NCBI GenBank assembly: GCA_016700135.1
Contig: CP065004.1
Location: 1,350,001 to 1,382,000 of the forward strand
DNA length: 32,000 nucleotides
DNA from: Candidatus Saccharimonadota bacterium
GTDB taxonomy: Bacteria; Patescibacteriota; Microgenomatia; UBA1406; GWC2-37-13
Reading direction: 5' to 3'
A program made the translations under genes and the position numbers. The notes under the pieces are model-generated. The model saw only the letters and a list, made by a program, of their open reading frames with translations. It ran no database searches and was not told the origin of the DNA. The first letter of the stretch is position 1. Each line of letters opens with the position of its first letter. Below are positions 1 through 7,193 of this stretch, in pieces.

Positions 1-2
1 AG

Positions 3-167
3 TATGACAGTGCTAATACTTTGAAGAAATCTCTTGTATCTGCATTAAAAGAAACAAATTGGAGACTGATGAGTGAAGGCATAAGCTATAGAATTGGCAT
101 TGTTTCCGGCACATTTAAAGCCGATGAAAGTGAAGACGACCTAATGAAACTTTTTCATCAGGAGTAA
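3..167 (+). CDS. 3' end of an unidentified CDS entering from the left window edge (partial)
   Basis: Frame 3 is open from the window edge to TAA at 165-167 (54 codons, YDSANTLKKS...MKLFHQE*). No family recognised. It converges on the racemase gene. Confidence 0.3.
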   Translation, partial: YDSANTLKKSLVSALKETNWRLMSEGISYRIGIVSGTFKADESEDDLMKLFHQE

Positions 168-859
168 TAGTAATCAACTAGTCCTTTAGCCAGTATTTCA
201 TCAGAATTTATTGTTCTATCTCCTAAAGCTTCATAGTTTAGAGCAAGAGGTAATTCAGTACAGCCTAAAATTATTGATTCCGCTCCTTTTTCATACAACT
301 CATTTAATATGGCAATGTATTTCTGTTTATTTTCACCATTTTGTTTACCTGCTATTACATCACGTATTAGCTGATCAATTGAGCTAAATTGTTCTTGTGT
401 AGGTAATATAGTCGCTATACCTTTATCCGTGAGTTCCCTTTGGTACATTTCAGATTTAAGTAATACAGAGGTTCCTAGTAATCCTACTGCTTTCAATTTT
501 CTACTACTGCATTCCTGAGCTACCAGGTTTAACATTGAAACAAATTTAACGGTTGTTTCTTTTTTTAGATCTTCCAAAAGAAGATGCACAGTGTTGCTAC
601 CTATGCAAAGGACGGTAGCACCTGCATTCGTCAAAGATTTAGTAGTGTCAATAAGCATTTCTTTAGCTATGTTCATTTGCTTTTTATTTGATATAAAATC
701 TGGGATTGGCACAGATTCAATAATAACTTGAGGAAAGTCATTATTATTCTTTGCTCCATACTTAGTTTGAGATAAATCTATTATCTTGTTGTATATGAAT
801 GAAGTTGCTTGAGGTCCAACTCCTCCAATTATGCCAATTTTTTTGTTAGTACTTCTCAT
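158..859 (-). CDS. Asp/Glu/hydantoin-family racemase (aspartate racemase-like)
   Basis: N-terminal IGIIGGVGPQAT and two catalytic-Cys contexts (VLCIGSNTVH and IILGCTELP). The first ATG at 859 gives MRSTNKKIGIIGG and is preceded by AAGGAG. The track start at 886 is a TTG that overlaps the upstream gene. Confidence 0.8.
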   Translation of the reverse strand: MRSTNKKIGIIGGVGPQATSFIYNKIIDLSQTKYGAKNNNDFPQVIIESVPIPDFISNKKQMNIAKEMLIDTTKSLTNAGATVLCIGSNTVHLLLEDLKKETTVKFVSMLNLVAQECSSRKLKAVGLLGTSVLLKSEMYQRELTDKGIATILPTQEQFSSIDQLIRDVIAGKQNGENKQKYIAILNELYEKGAESIILGCTELPLALNYEALGDRTINSDEILAKGLVDYYYS

Positions 860-869
860 ACTCCTTTTA

Positions 870-1124
870 TTATTTAATAACTTCAAAGCGTCCTTGCTTT
901 ACTTCTCTAGCTCCTCTCGTGACTGTAGCAATACCCACTCCAAGTTCTTCAGCTATTGCTCGCTGAGATTTACCCCTTTTTAGCTGTTTAACGATTTCTA
1001 GACGAGTATCCACAACTTCAAGCTCTTGAGGAGTAAATAAACCAATTAAAAGTTCTTTTAGCTCCTCTTCTGTATTACAAGATTTAATAACCTTAATTAA
1101 GTTAGTAGTAAGTATTTTATTCAT
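870..1124 (-). CDS. TrpR-family (YerC/YecD-like) small DNA-binding protein
   Basis: 84 aa from the internal ATG at 1124. LFTPQELEVVDTRLEIVKQLKRGKSQRAIAEELGVGIATVTRGAREVK parallels E. coli TrpR [49 protein letters not shown], including the recognition helix. The 62-codon upstream extension in the track crosses a structured intergenic region and has no family similarity. Confidence 0.8.
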   Translation of the reverse strand: MNKILTTNLIKVIKSCNTEEELKELLIGLFTPQELEVVDTRLEIVKQLKRGKSQRAIAEELGVGIATVTRGAREVKQGRFEVIK

Positions 1125-1133
1125 AGTGTATTC

Positions 1134-1155
1134 ACGTACTAGTATAATAGTACGT
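1134..1155. promoter_or_regulatory. trp-operator-like palindrome overlapping a TATAAT hexamer (candidate operator of the TrpR-family protein)
   Basis: ACGTACTAGTATAATAGTACGT is symmetric at 20 of 22 positions. Its core GTACTAGTATAATAGTAC resembles the E. coli TrpR operator GTACTAGTTAACTAGTAC. TATAAT lies at 1143-1148 on the + strand, with TATTAT on the - strand. The site sits 10 nt from the TrpR-like start codon, in the divergent region shared with the ArdC-like gene. Confidence 0.5.
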
Positions 1156-1169
1156 AGTATACCATACGT

Positions 1170-1310
1170 TTCCACCTTTGCAATACAAGGGGCCTTGCCC
1201 CTCATTTTGCAAGGGCTGCGCAAGTCACTCCTACGTCGTGACCCTTGCAAAATTTCACCCCGCTTTTTGAGATCCAGGTATGGGAAGCAGGCGGGCTGCT
1301 TCCCAACCAA
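1170..1310. promoter_or_regulatory. GC-rich cluster of three stem-loops (candidate oriT or structured leader/ncRNA)
   Basis: There is a small hairpin AGGGG/CCCCT at 1188-1202. A perfect 11-bp inverted repeat TTTTGCAAGGG (1205-1215) / CCCTTGCAAAA (1242-1252) encloses an inner TCAC/GTGA stem. A 9-bp stem GGGAAGCAG (1282-1290) / CTGCTTCCC (1296-1304) has a 5-nt loop. TTGCAA recurs at 1178, 1207 and 1245. The segment is locally much more GC-rich than its surroundings. Confidence 0.4.
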
Positions 1311-1344
1311 AAATTATAAAATTACAAGCAGTCGCCGAGAAATT

Positions 1345-2121
1345 ATGAAACTTTCAGCGAAAGCACAACAAAGTCTTGATCGAGTAGTAGAAAAGTTTAA
1401 AACAGGAGATATATCTGCTATCTCAAAAATTGCAAGAATTCAACTTGATCCCAATGCTCCAGCTATAAAATGGAGCCTATCAAATAAAGTACTAAGTATC
1501 ATGCAAGCTGGAGAGCTTGACTGTAGAGGGTTTAGACAATGGGAAAATGTCGGAAGAAGAATAAAAAAAGGCAGCTCTGCCATATATATACTAAGGCCTG
1601 TCATAGTCAAAAATACAGTTGAAGACGAAAATGAGAAAGAAGAAATGCAGTGTATTGGGTTTGCTGCTGTTCCTGTATTCCCTGCTTCGTGCACAGAAGG
1701 AGAAAAAGACTTATTAGGATATCAGCCAAAAGAACTGCCAGAATTGGTCAAAGTCGCCGAGAAATTTAATATTTCTGTTCAATACTTACCCACTTTACCC
1801 GACAGGCTAGGAGATTGCAGTAAAGACGGGAATCAAATCAGATTAGGGACACATAGCCCCTCAGTATTCTTTCATGAGCTAGCACATGCCATTCATGCCC
1901 GAATTGAAGGAGAGCTAAAAGGAGGACAGACTGCCAACCAGGAAACAATAGCAGAATTTACAGCAGCTGTATTAATGGACGTGTATGGCTACCCGGATTA
2001 TTCTGGCAATGCTTGGAATTACATTTCTCATTATGCCAAAGATCCGATTGTAGCCATTACCAAAGCAATGGGAACAGTTGAAAAGGTATTACAAGTTTTA
2101 CTTGAAACTGAACAAGTATAA
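1345..2121 (+). CDS. ArdC-like antirestriction protein (DUF1738-type ssDNA-binding N-domain plus zincin metalloprotease C-domain)
   Basis: 258 aa from the ATG at 1345. The N-domain signature is CRGFRQWENVGRRIKKGSSAIYILRP. The C-terminal HExxH is in VFFHELAHAIHARIEG. The longer track ORF starting at 1126 is an artefactual extension. Confidence 0.65.
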   Translation: MKLSAKAQQSLDRVVEKFKTGDISAISKIARIQLDPNAPAIKWSLSNKVLSIMQAGELDCRGFRQWENVGRRIKKGSSAIYILRPVIVKNTVEDENEKEEMQCIGFAAVPVFPASCTEGEKDLLGYQPKELPELVKVAEKFNISVQYLPTLPDRLGDCSKDGNQIRLGTHSPSVFFHELAHAIHARIEGELKGGQTANQETIAEFTAAVLMDVYGYPDYSGNAWNYISHYAKDPIVAITKAMGTVEKVLQVLLETEQV

Positions 2122-2138
2122 TAAAGAAAGGAGGAAAT

Positions 2139-2303
2139 ATGATAAATCCACTACTTACAGAACCATTTGAAAGTGAAATTTTGGACTTGATCGACAATCA
2201 AGACGAGTACACCAGAAGCGATTTACAAGGCATTGTTACAGTACTTGTAAATAAGATCATGGAAAAAGGACACGAGATTTTAAAGGAATCAGATCAAGCT
2301 TGA
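2139..2303 (+). CDS. small hypothetical protein (54 aa), absent from the ORF track
   Basis: ATG at 2139 is preceded by AGGAGG at 2129-2134 (4-nt spacing), 18 nt after the ArdC-like stop. Translation is MINPLLTEPFESEILDLIDNQDEYTRSDLQGIVTVLVNKIMEKGHEILKESDQA*. It is acidic, with no family recognised. Confidence 0.5.
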   Translation: MINPLLTEPFESEILDLIDNQDEYTRSDLQGIVTVLVNKIMEKGHEILKESDQA

Positions 2304-2972
2304 GATGATGTGCAGCTCTGTTTCTTCTGAAGCTTGTACTTTTGCTGAATGCTTTTCGATGTATTGACGGAGTTTTTCAGATTGACTGATAAAAACAATA
2401 GTCATATCTGGTTGATCTTTGAAAAATTCGATGAATTGTTCTATACGTGATCTGATGGCAAAGCGCGGAGTATTTTCTTTGATGATTTCACAGGTGTAAT
2501 GCTTGATGTTTTCATTATCGTTAACCACGTAAGCAAAACTTGGGAGTAAGTCGCGTATTAGACCATTGCTGGGAAAGTCTGACTGTGTGTAAAATTTAAA
2601 GCCTGGTAGATTTTGATCTTGAAGCTTGATGTAGACTTGAGCAATGAGTATGCACTGATCAATAAATGCTTGAGATCTTCTTTTCTCTTGATACAGTTTT
2701 CTTAAACTCTTCTTATCTGCTCCCTCGGCAGAGCTAAAAAACTTGATTCCGTTTTTGTCGATAAAATAGATTGCAGGTTCATTTATTCCCGCCTTTCTTT
2801 CAAATATTCTGCTTGTGTAATTTTTATCAGTGAGATCCTTGAGCCAGACATTTGTATTTTTAGGATCCTTGTGTCTAAGCATTGTTTGAATTTGAATACG
2901 ATTGAGGAATCTGAATCTATGGAGTAGGAGAAGTATTTCTTTTTGTTTATTAGTAATAGTTGGTAGTTGCAT
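2289..2972 (-). CDS. Replic_Relax (replication-relaxation) family protein
   Basis: The N-terminal winged-helix pattern ITNKQKEILLLLHRFRFLNRIQIQTMLRHKD...WLKDLTDKNYTSRI matches the family pattern (LT.R...iL..l..fR.lt..qi). Size is 227 aa, and it lies next to a coupling-type ATPase, as is typical for this family. Confidence 0.5.
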   Translation of the reverse strand: MQLPTITNKQKEILLLLHRFRFLNRIQIQTMLRHKDPKNTNVWLKDLTDKNYTSRIFERKAGINEPAIYFIDKNGIKFFSSAEGADKKSLRKLYQEKRRSQAFIDQCILIAQVYIKLQDQNLPGFKFYTQSDFPSNGLIRDLLPSFAYVVNDNENIKHYTCEIIKENTPRFAIRSRIEQFIEFFKDQPDMTIVFISQSEKLRQYIEKHSAKVQASEETELHIISSLI

Positions 2973-3094
2973 AGTATATATAACCCACCTATGTATTCCT
3001 CCCTATGCAGTATGCGTGGAGGAAATAAGTTTCTTTTCTTATTTATAAGAATAAAGAGACTACAAAACTGTGCTAATTATAGCGTAGTCAAGGC

Positions 3095-3129
3095 GAAAAT
3101 AAATAAATGAATACCCTAGTCGGCTAGGG
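3095..3129 (-). terminator. intrinsic terminator after the coupling-ATPase gene
   Basis: On the - strand, the hairpin CCCTAG-CCGA-CTAGGG (3129-3114) overlaps the TAG stop and is followed by UAUUCAUUUAUUUAUUUU. Confidence 0.55.
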
Positions 3130-5745
3130 CTTTATCTGCTCAAAAAAATTATTACTTTTTGGTACATTATTTTTCTTTTTAGGTAGTTTCTGGATAGTAG
3201 GTTTTGTATCTTGAACAGTTACCTGTGGTCTTGGCATGCCAAACTTTTTTTGAGAATTTGAAATCACTACATTCCGGATAGTCTCTTCATCGGTAACTAA
3301 AAAGTTCTCAATTTCCCCGCTAAATGTTGACTGAGGATGTAGAGCATTGATCTTCATATAGAAATTGTATGAGGGTAAATTCGGGATCTGTCCCTTCTCC
3401 ACCTCAGGAGCAAAAACAGGTAACAGTTTTACTTCATCTTTTGGACTAGTAGTTCTAAAACAGATCAATGTGCCAGTGTTGCCTATGATTGTTTCTAGAA
3501 GGTCATTTTCAATCTGGACGGTGTTTTGATGAGCGAGAATCACGCTTAAACGATATTTTCGCGCCTCGGAAAGGATTTGAGCAAAAGACATTGTGGCAAA
3601 GTTTTGAAACTCATCAATATACAAAAAGAAATCTGGACGTTGTTGCTCTGCAATATGCACTCTTCTTAATGCTGTAAGCTGTATTTTGGCAGTAAACAGG
3701 CCTCCCAAGAAGTAAGCAGTATCTTCGCCTATCTTTCCCTTTGAAAGGTTACAAATAAGGATTTTTTTATTGTTCATAATATCCTCAAAATTAAGCTTGC
3801 TTTCTTTTTGATTGAGAATATTTCGCGTCATACTCGTGGTAAGGAATCGACCTAGTTTATTTGTGATTGGAGAAATCTGTTCTGCTTTTTGAAATGATCC
3901 TAGTTTCTCAAACTCATTCTTCCAAAAGGATTTAAGCACATCATCTTTTAATAAACCTGTTACTTTCTTCCTGTATTTGGCATTTGTTAAAAGATCATAG
4001 ATTGTAAAAAGAGTAGGTTTGTCTTGTTCAAGTGCTGTTAAAATCACATTTCTCAAGATATGTTCCATTCTTGGGCCAGAATATCGAGCATCGTATAGTT
4101 TATGGAATATTGAGATAAGAGTTGACGTAATAAAGTCCTTCTCTCGCTGGAGTTCGACTTCTGAAAACCCATCTGGAATCTCTAAAACGTTTAAACCGAT
4201 CGGAAACTCAATGTCATAAGGGTTGAAGTACACGACATCATCAAGCCGTTCTTTTGGAATAACTCCTAGTATTCGCTCTGCTAGGTCTCCATGAGGATCG
4301 ATAATCGCAAGACCATTTCCTTTTTGCATATCTTGATAGATCATCTGTAATAAAAGAGTAGTCTTCCCAGTACCAGTAGCCCCGATGATGTAGGTATGAC
4401 GTCTACGCTCCTCTAGTGTCACGCCAATAGGCGTTATGGTTTCACCATAGCTATTTGCAGCAAAAGTAATATCGAAATCATTACTATGCTGCTTCAGTGA
4501 AAGCGGTGCATGGAGTTTAGGACTTTTTACTTTGAGTAAGTCTTCCGTTTTCGTACTCTGGACATGTGGTAAATGGTATAGGCTTGAAAGCTCTGATATA
4601 GATAAAATGGAAGTTTGGGAATAAAAGATCAGCCTATTTCTTAACAAAAAGTAGTGAACTGATTTGAAAAAAGAAGTATTAATGAATCGAAAAATATTTT
4701 TTGTTCGTACTATCGATTGATAAGCAGTAGAAAATGAATCAAAGGATGCTAAAAGTCCTTTTGATCTTTCTGTGTTATTTGCGGTTTGTACATATGCTCT
4801 AATCTGCACTTCAAAGAGTGGTTGGCTGACTTTATTTGAAATACTCTTGATTAATTCATTCTTTGCTAATCCTTGGTTTTTATTGGAATCTTTACCTACG
4901 GAGTCAAAAAGCCAAGTTGGAAAAGGATTCTTTGTATCATTTATGAACCAAGAGATTAAAGTGATAGGACTAAGCACGATAAAGGCAAGCGTGCTGCCGA
5001 GTACGTTTAGTAAATGGGAAGAAGAACTACTCGAAGTTATGGATTCGTACGACTCGTTACTAAGAATTTTCTTTCTAACATTCTGGACATGACGAGACTT
5101 TGCAAAATGAGTTAAGTTGTCGATAGGAGTGCAGATAAAATGAAGAGCAATCACTTCGTTCTCTTCTAGCTTTGTTAGATATCCAGTAAGATATGAAAGC
5201 GGATCATGATGATGTATTTGAAATTGGTCTGCTAATGGATAGATAAAAGTATTTGCTAAAGCAAACTCTTCAATTTTGAAATTATTTTGAGGTTGTTTAC
5301 TCAAGTAGTCCGGAATCTCTTTGATCTCCATACCTGGTAAAAATGACAATAGCGTCTTTCGTACGTTTCCTATTTCATCATTTGGAATTCTGAGAACAAA
5401 CCTGATACCTTCAAGTTTGCTAGAAACTATCTCATAGCTTATAGTTTTTTTAATCCCAAGGAACTTTTCCCACCATGAGTAGGGTTTTTCCAGAGAGTGC
5501 AAAATCTCAAAGAGCTTGGTATTTGAAAGTGATGTCTTTTCAGCTCTATCTGTTGGAATTACTTCGAGAAATCCATAAGAAGTAATTACTGTCTTACGAA
5601 TACGAATGATCGTTAAAATGATGTAGGCAAGCAGAAGAAGCGATAGTGATATGAAAATGAAAGAAAATAAGTTCAGTAATGAACCCTCTGTAATGAATGG
5701 CTGAAGATATGAAGGAATATCAAAACTTGAATTAGAAAATCCCAT
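3124..5745 (-). CDS. membrane-anchored VirD4/TraG/TrwB-like (type IV coupling protein-like) P-loop ATPase
   Basis: Walker A is IIGATGTGKTT, followed by AIIDPHGD. Walker B is FFLYIDEFQNF, followed by ARKYRLSVILAHQNTVQI. N-terminal hydrophobic helices are LLNLFSFIFISLSLLLLAYIILTII and LGSTLAFIVLSPITLISWF. The first ATG is at 5745; the track start at 5754 is TTG. Confidence 0.65.
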   Translation of the reverse strand: MGFSNSSFDIPSYLQPFITEGSLLNLFSFIFISLSLLLLAYIILTIIRIRKTVITSYGFLEVIPTDRAEKTSLSNTKLFEILHSLEKPYSWWEKFLGIKKTISYEIVSSKLEGIRFVLRIPNDEIGNVRKTLLSFLPGMEIKEIPDYLSKQPQNNFKIEEFALANTFIYPLADQFQIHHHDPLSYLTGYLTKLEENEVIALHFICTPIDNLTHFAKSRHVQNVRKKILSNESYESITSSSSSSHLLNVLGSTLAFIVLSPITLISWFINDTKNPFPTWLFDSVGKDSNKNQGLAKNELIKSISNKVSQPLFEVQIRAYVQTANNTERSKGLLASFDSFSTAYQSIVRTKNIFRFINTSFFKSVHYFLLRNRLIFYSQTSILSISELSSLYHLPHVQSTKTEDLLKVKSPKLHAPLSLKQHSNDFDITFAANSYGETITPIGVTLEERRRHTYIIGATGTGKTTLLLQMIYQDMQKGNGLAIIDPHGDLAERILGVIPKERLDDVVYFNPYDIEFPIGLNVLEIPDGFSEVELQREKDFITSTLISIFHKLYDARYSGPRMEHILRNVILTALEQDKPTLFTIYDLLTNAKYRKKVTGLLKDDVLKSFWKNEFEKLGSFQKAEQISPITNKLGRFLTTSMTRNILNQKESKLNFEDIMNNKKILICNLSKGKIGEDTAYFLGGLFTAKIQLTALRRVHIAEQQRPDFFLYIDEFQNFATMSFAQILSEARKYRLSVILAHQNTVQIENDLLETIIGNTGTLICFRTTSPKDEVKLLPVFAPEVEKGQIPNLPSYNFYMKINALHPQSTFSGEIENFLVTDEETIRNVVISNSQKKFGMPRPQVTVQDTKPTIQKLPKKKNNVPKSNNFFEQIKP

Positions 5746-5812
5746 ATATACCAAGAAAAATTAATGCTTGGAGTATAGCAAAGCCTATAGGAAAAGGAAA
5801 GAGAAAATATCT

Positions 5813-6742
5813 TTAAGTAGGGGGATGATTTACAGTTCTTCGTGGAGTTTGTGACGGCTCTACTATCCACTGAACAGGACACTTTGGATCGTAGTTGGAC
5901 ATTGCTATACATCTCGGTTGCCAGTCTGATGATAAGTGTTTTATTAGAGGAAATGTACTTAGATTTTCACAAACATTAAAAATTGCCCAGAAATGTTTAT
6001 CTAGTAGGTCAATTACTGTAATTTTTTCTAATGAAATATTCTTTTTTGATCCATTTAGATCAGTAATTGTTACTTCATTAGGATAATTAAAATAAGGCTG
6101 ATGAAAGGCAGTGCCTTTTTCAGTCTCTTCTAGATAAATGTCTGTGATATCAAAATCCTCTTCAATTTTGTTCTTTTTATCAGGATCTCCGTGCTCAATA
6201 TAACCTCTGATCTCTCTAATTACTCCGAGATCTTCGTATTGTGTAATAAAAACTCCTTCGAGCCTGCGGTAGTTAATTGGATCTTTACTAAAAAATTTCT
6301 TCATATTCGGCCAGTTAGGACAGTCGGGCTCAATTAGTTTGAGTAGTCTATAAACATCTCTTTTACAAAGTTCTGCGTGGAAATAAAAATTTTCAACCAA
6401 TTTTTTTCCATGAAATACTTCTTTAAAATATTCAATGTTACCTTTTCTTTCATAAAAGTCGCCTGACTTCACCCCCTCAAAGTATCTTTTGACTTCTTTA
6501 CTGTAAGACATGATGTCATCTCTTAAGGAAAGCATATCTTCAGCAAGCTGATTTAAAACCTTTTGAATTTTACCCTTTTGCTCATCAGAAAAGGTAGTTC
6601 TTTCTAGGATTCTAAAAGGTTGCACCCAGAAGCGTGCAATCACAATATCTTCCGTTCCAACATCAATTACTTTTCTGTATGTTCCTGATATTTCGCCTTT
6701 CATAGATACTTTGTCTTCAAGATTAATTTTGTGATGGGTCAT
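5813..6742 (-). CDS. hypothetical protein (309 aa), no family recognised
   Basis: Long uninterrupted ORF with an ATG start, in the same orientation as the transfer genes. The only motif noticed is an Rx4H (IREIRGYIEHGD; R179 at 6206-6208, H184 at 6191-6193). Confidence 0.6.
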   Translation of the reverse strand: MTHHKINLEDKVSMKGEISGTYRKVIDVGTEDIVIARFWVQPFRILERTTFSDEQKGKIQKVLNQLAEDMLSLRDDIMSYSKEVKRYFEGVKSGDFYERKGNIEYFKEVFHGKKLVENFYFHAELCKRDVYRLLKLIEPDCPNWPNMKKFFSKDPINYRRLEGVFITQYEDLGVIREIRGYIEHGDPDKKNKIEEDFDITDIYLEETEKGTAFHQPYFNYPNEVTITDLNGSKKNISLEKITVIDLLDKHFWAIFNVCENLSTFPLIKHLSSDWQPRCIAMSNYDPKCPVQWIVEPSQTPRRTVNHPPT

Positions 6743-6800
6743 GGATATATTTTACAACGGATAATTCTATTAAATAGTTAATAAAAGAACATAAATACAC

Positions 6801-6838
6801 TTGACAACTATCTCTATCTGGATATATACTATCTCTAT
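6801..6838 (+). promoter_or_regulatory. sigma70-type promoter with an 11-bp direct repeat (candidate operator) upstream of the recombinase operon
   Basis: TTGACA (6801-6806), an 18-nt spacer, then TATACT (6825-6830). ACTATCTCTAT occurs twice (6807-6817 and 6828-6838), 21 bp apart, covering the spacer and the -10/start region. The ATG of the next ORF is at 6859. Confidence 0.5.
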
Positions 6839-6858
6839 AGATATAGTTAAACTATGCC

Positions 6859-7191
6859 ATGCTAGAACAAGAATTACTTATACAAACAACAGAAACTATA
6901 TCAGAAAACAAGACTAAGAAAACATTAAATTCTTCTGCCATTGGTTCTGTTCATACCACTCCCTTTAAAGCTTTTGATAATGCACTAAATAACATATTTT
7001 CTCAATCAGACGAAGTAAACAAAATTGCTAGGACAAGAAGACTGCTTGGCGAAACTGCTGACCATCTCACAGAAGAGCAGCTCAAGACAATAGTTACCGA
7101 TTTTCAATTTCTTATCGATACTTGGCTTGATGCATACGAGAAAGAACTTTTTGATGGTGTTACATTACAAAATTTATTGAAAGGCACATAA
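6859..7191 (+). CDS. hypothetical protein (110 aa) translationally coupled to the serine recombinase
   Basis: Its stop at 7189-7191 is 2 nt before the recombinase ATG at 7194. No family recognised. The position is compatible with an accessory or directionality factor, but that is inference only. Confidence 0.5.
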   Translation: MLEQELLIQTTETISENKTKKTLNSSAIGSVHTTPFKAFDNALNNIFSQSDEVNKIARTRRLLGETADHLTEEQLKTIVTDFQFLIDTWLDAYEKELFDGVTLQNLLKGT

Positions 7192-7193
7192 CT

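Noticed and set aside
870-1310. The track ORF extends the TrpR-like protein by 62 N-terminal codons, and the mirror-image track ORF 1126-2121 extends the ArdC-like protein by 73 codons. The two overlap on opposite strands across 1126-1310.
   Set aside because: Family similarity begins only at the internal ATGs (1124 and 1345). The shared region is GC-rich, palindromic and stop-free on both strands, which fits structured non-coding DNA rather than two overlapping proteins.
2996-3024. A 7-bp inverted repeat TTCCTCC/GGAGGAA with a 15-nt loop lies upstream of the Replic_Relax gene. I considered a riboswitch or attenuator.
   Set aside because: It is a short stem with no U tract, and its position relative to the start codon is unclear. 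It is not distinguishable from chance with the information available.
5673-5912. A 79-aa ORF bridges the coupling-ATPase start and the 3' end of the 309-aa gene.
   Set aside because: It overlaps two better-supported genes on the same strand in other frames, and I recognised no motif.
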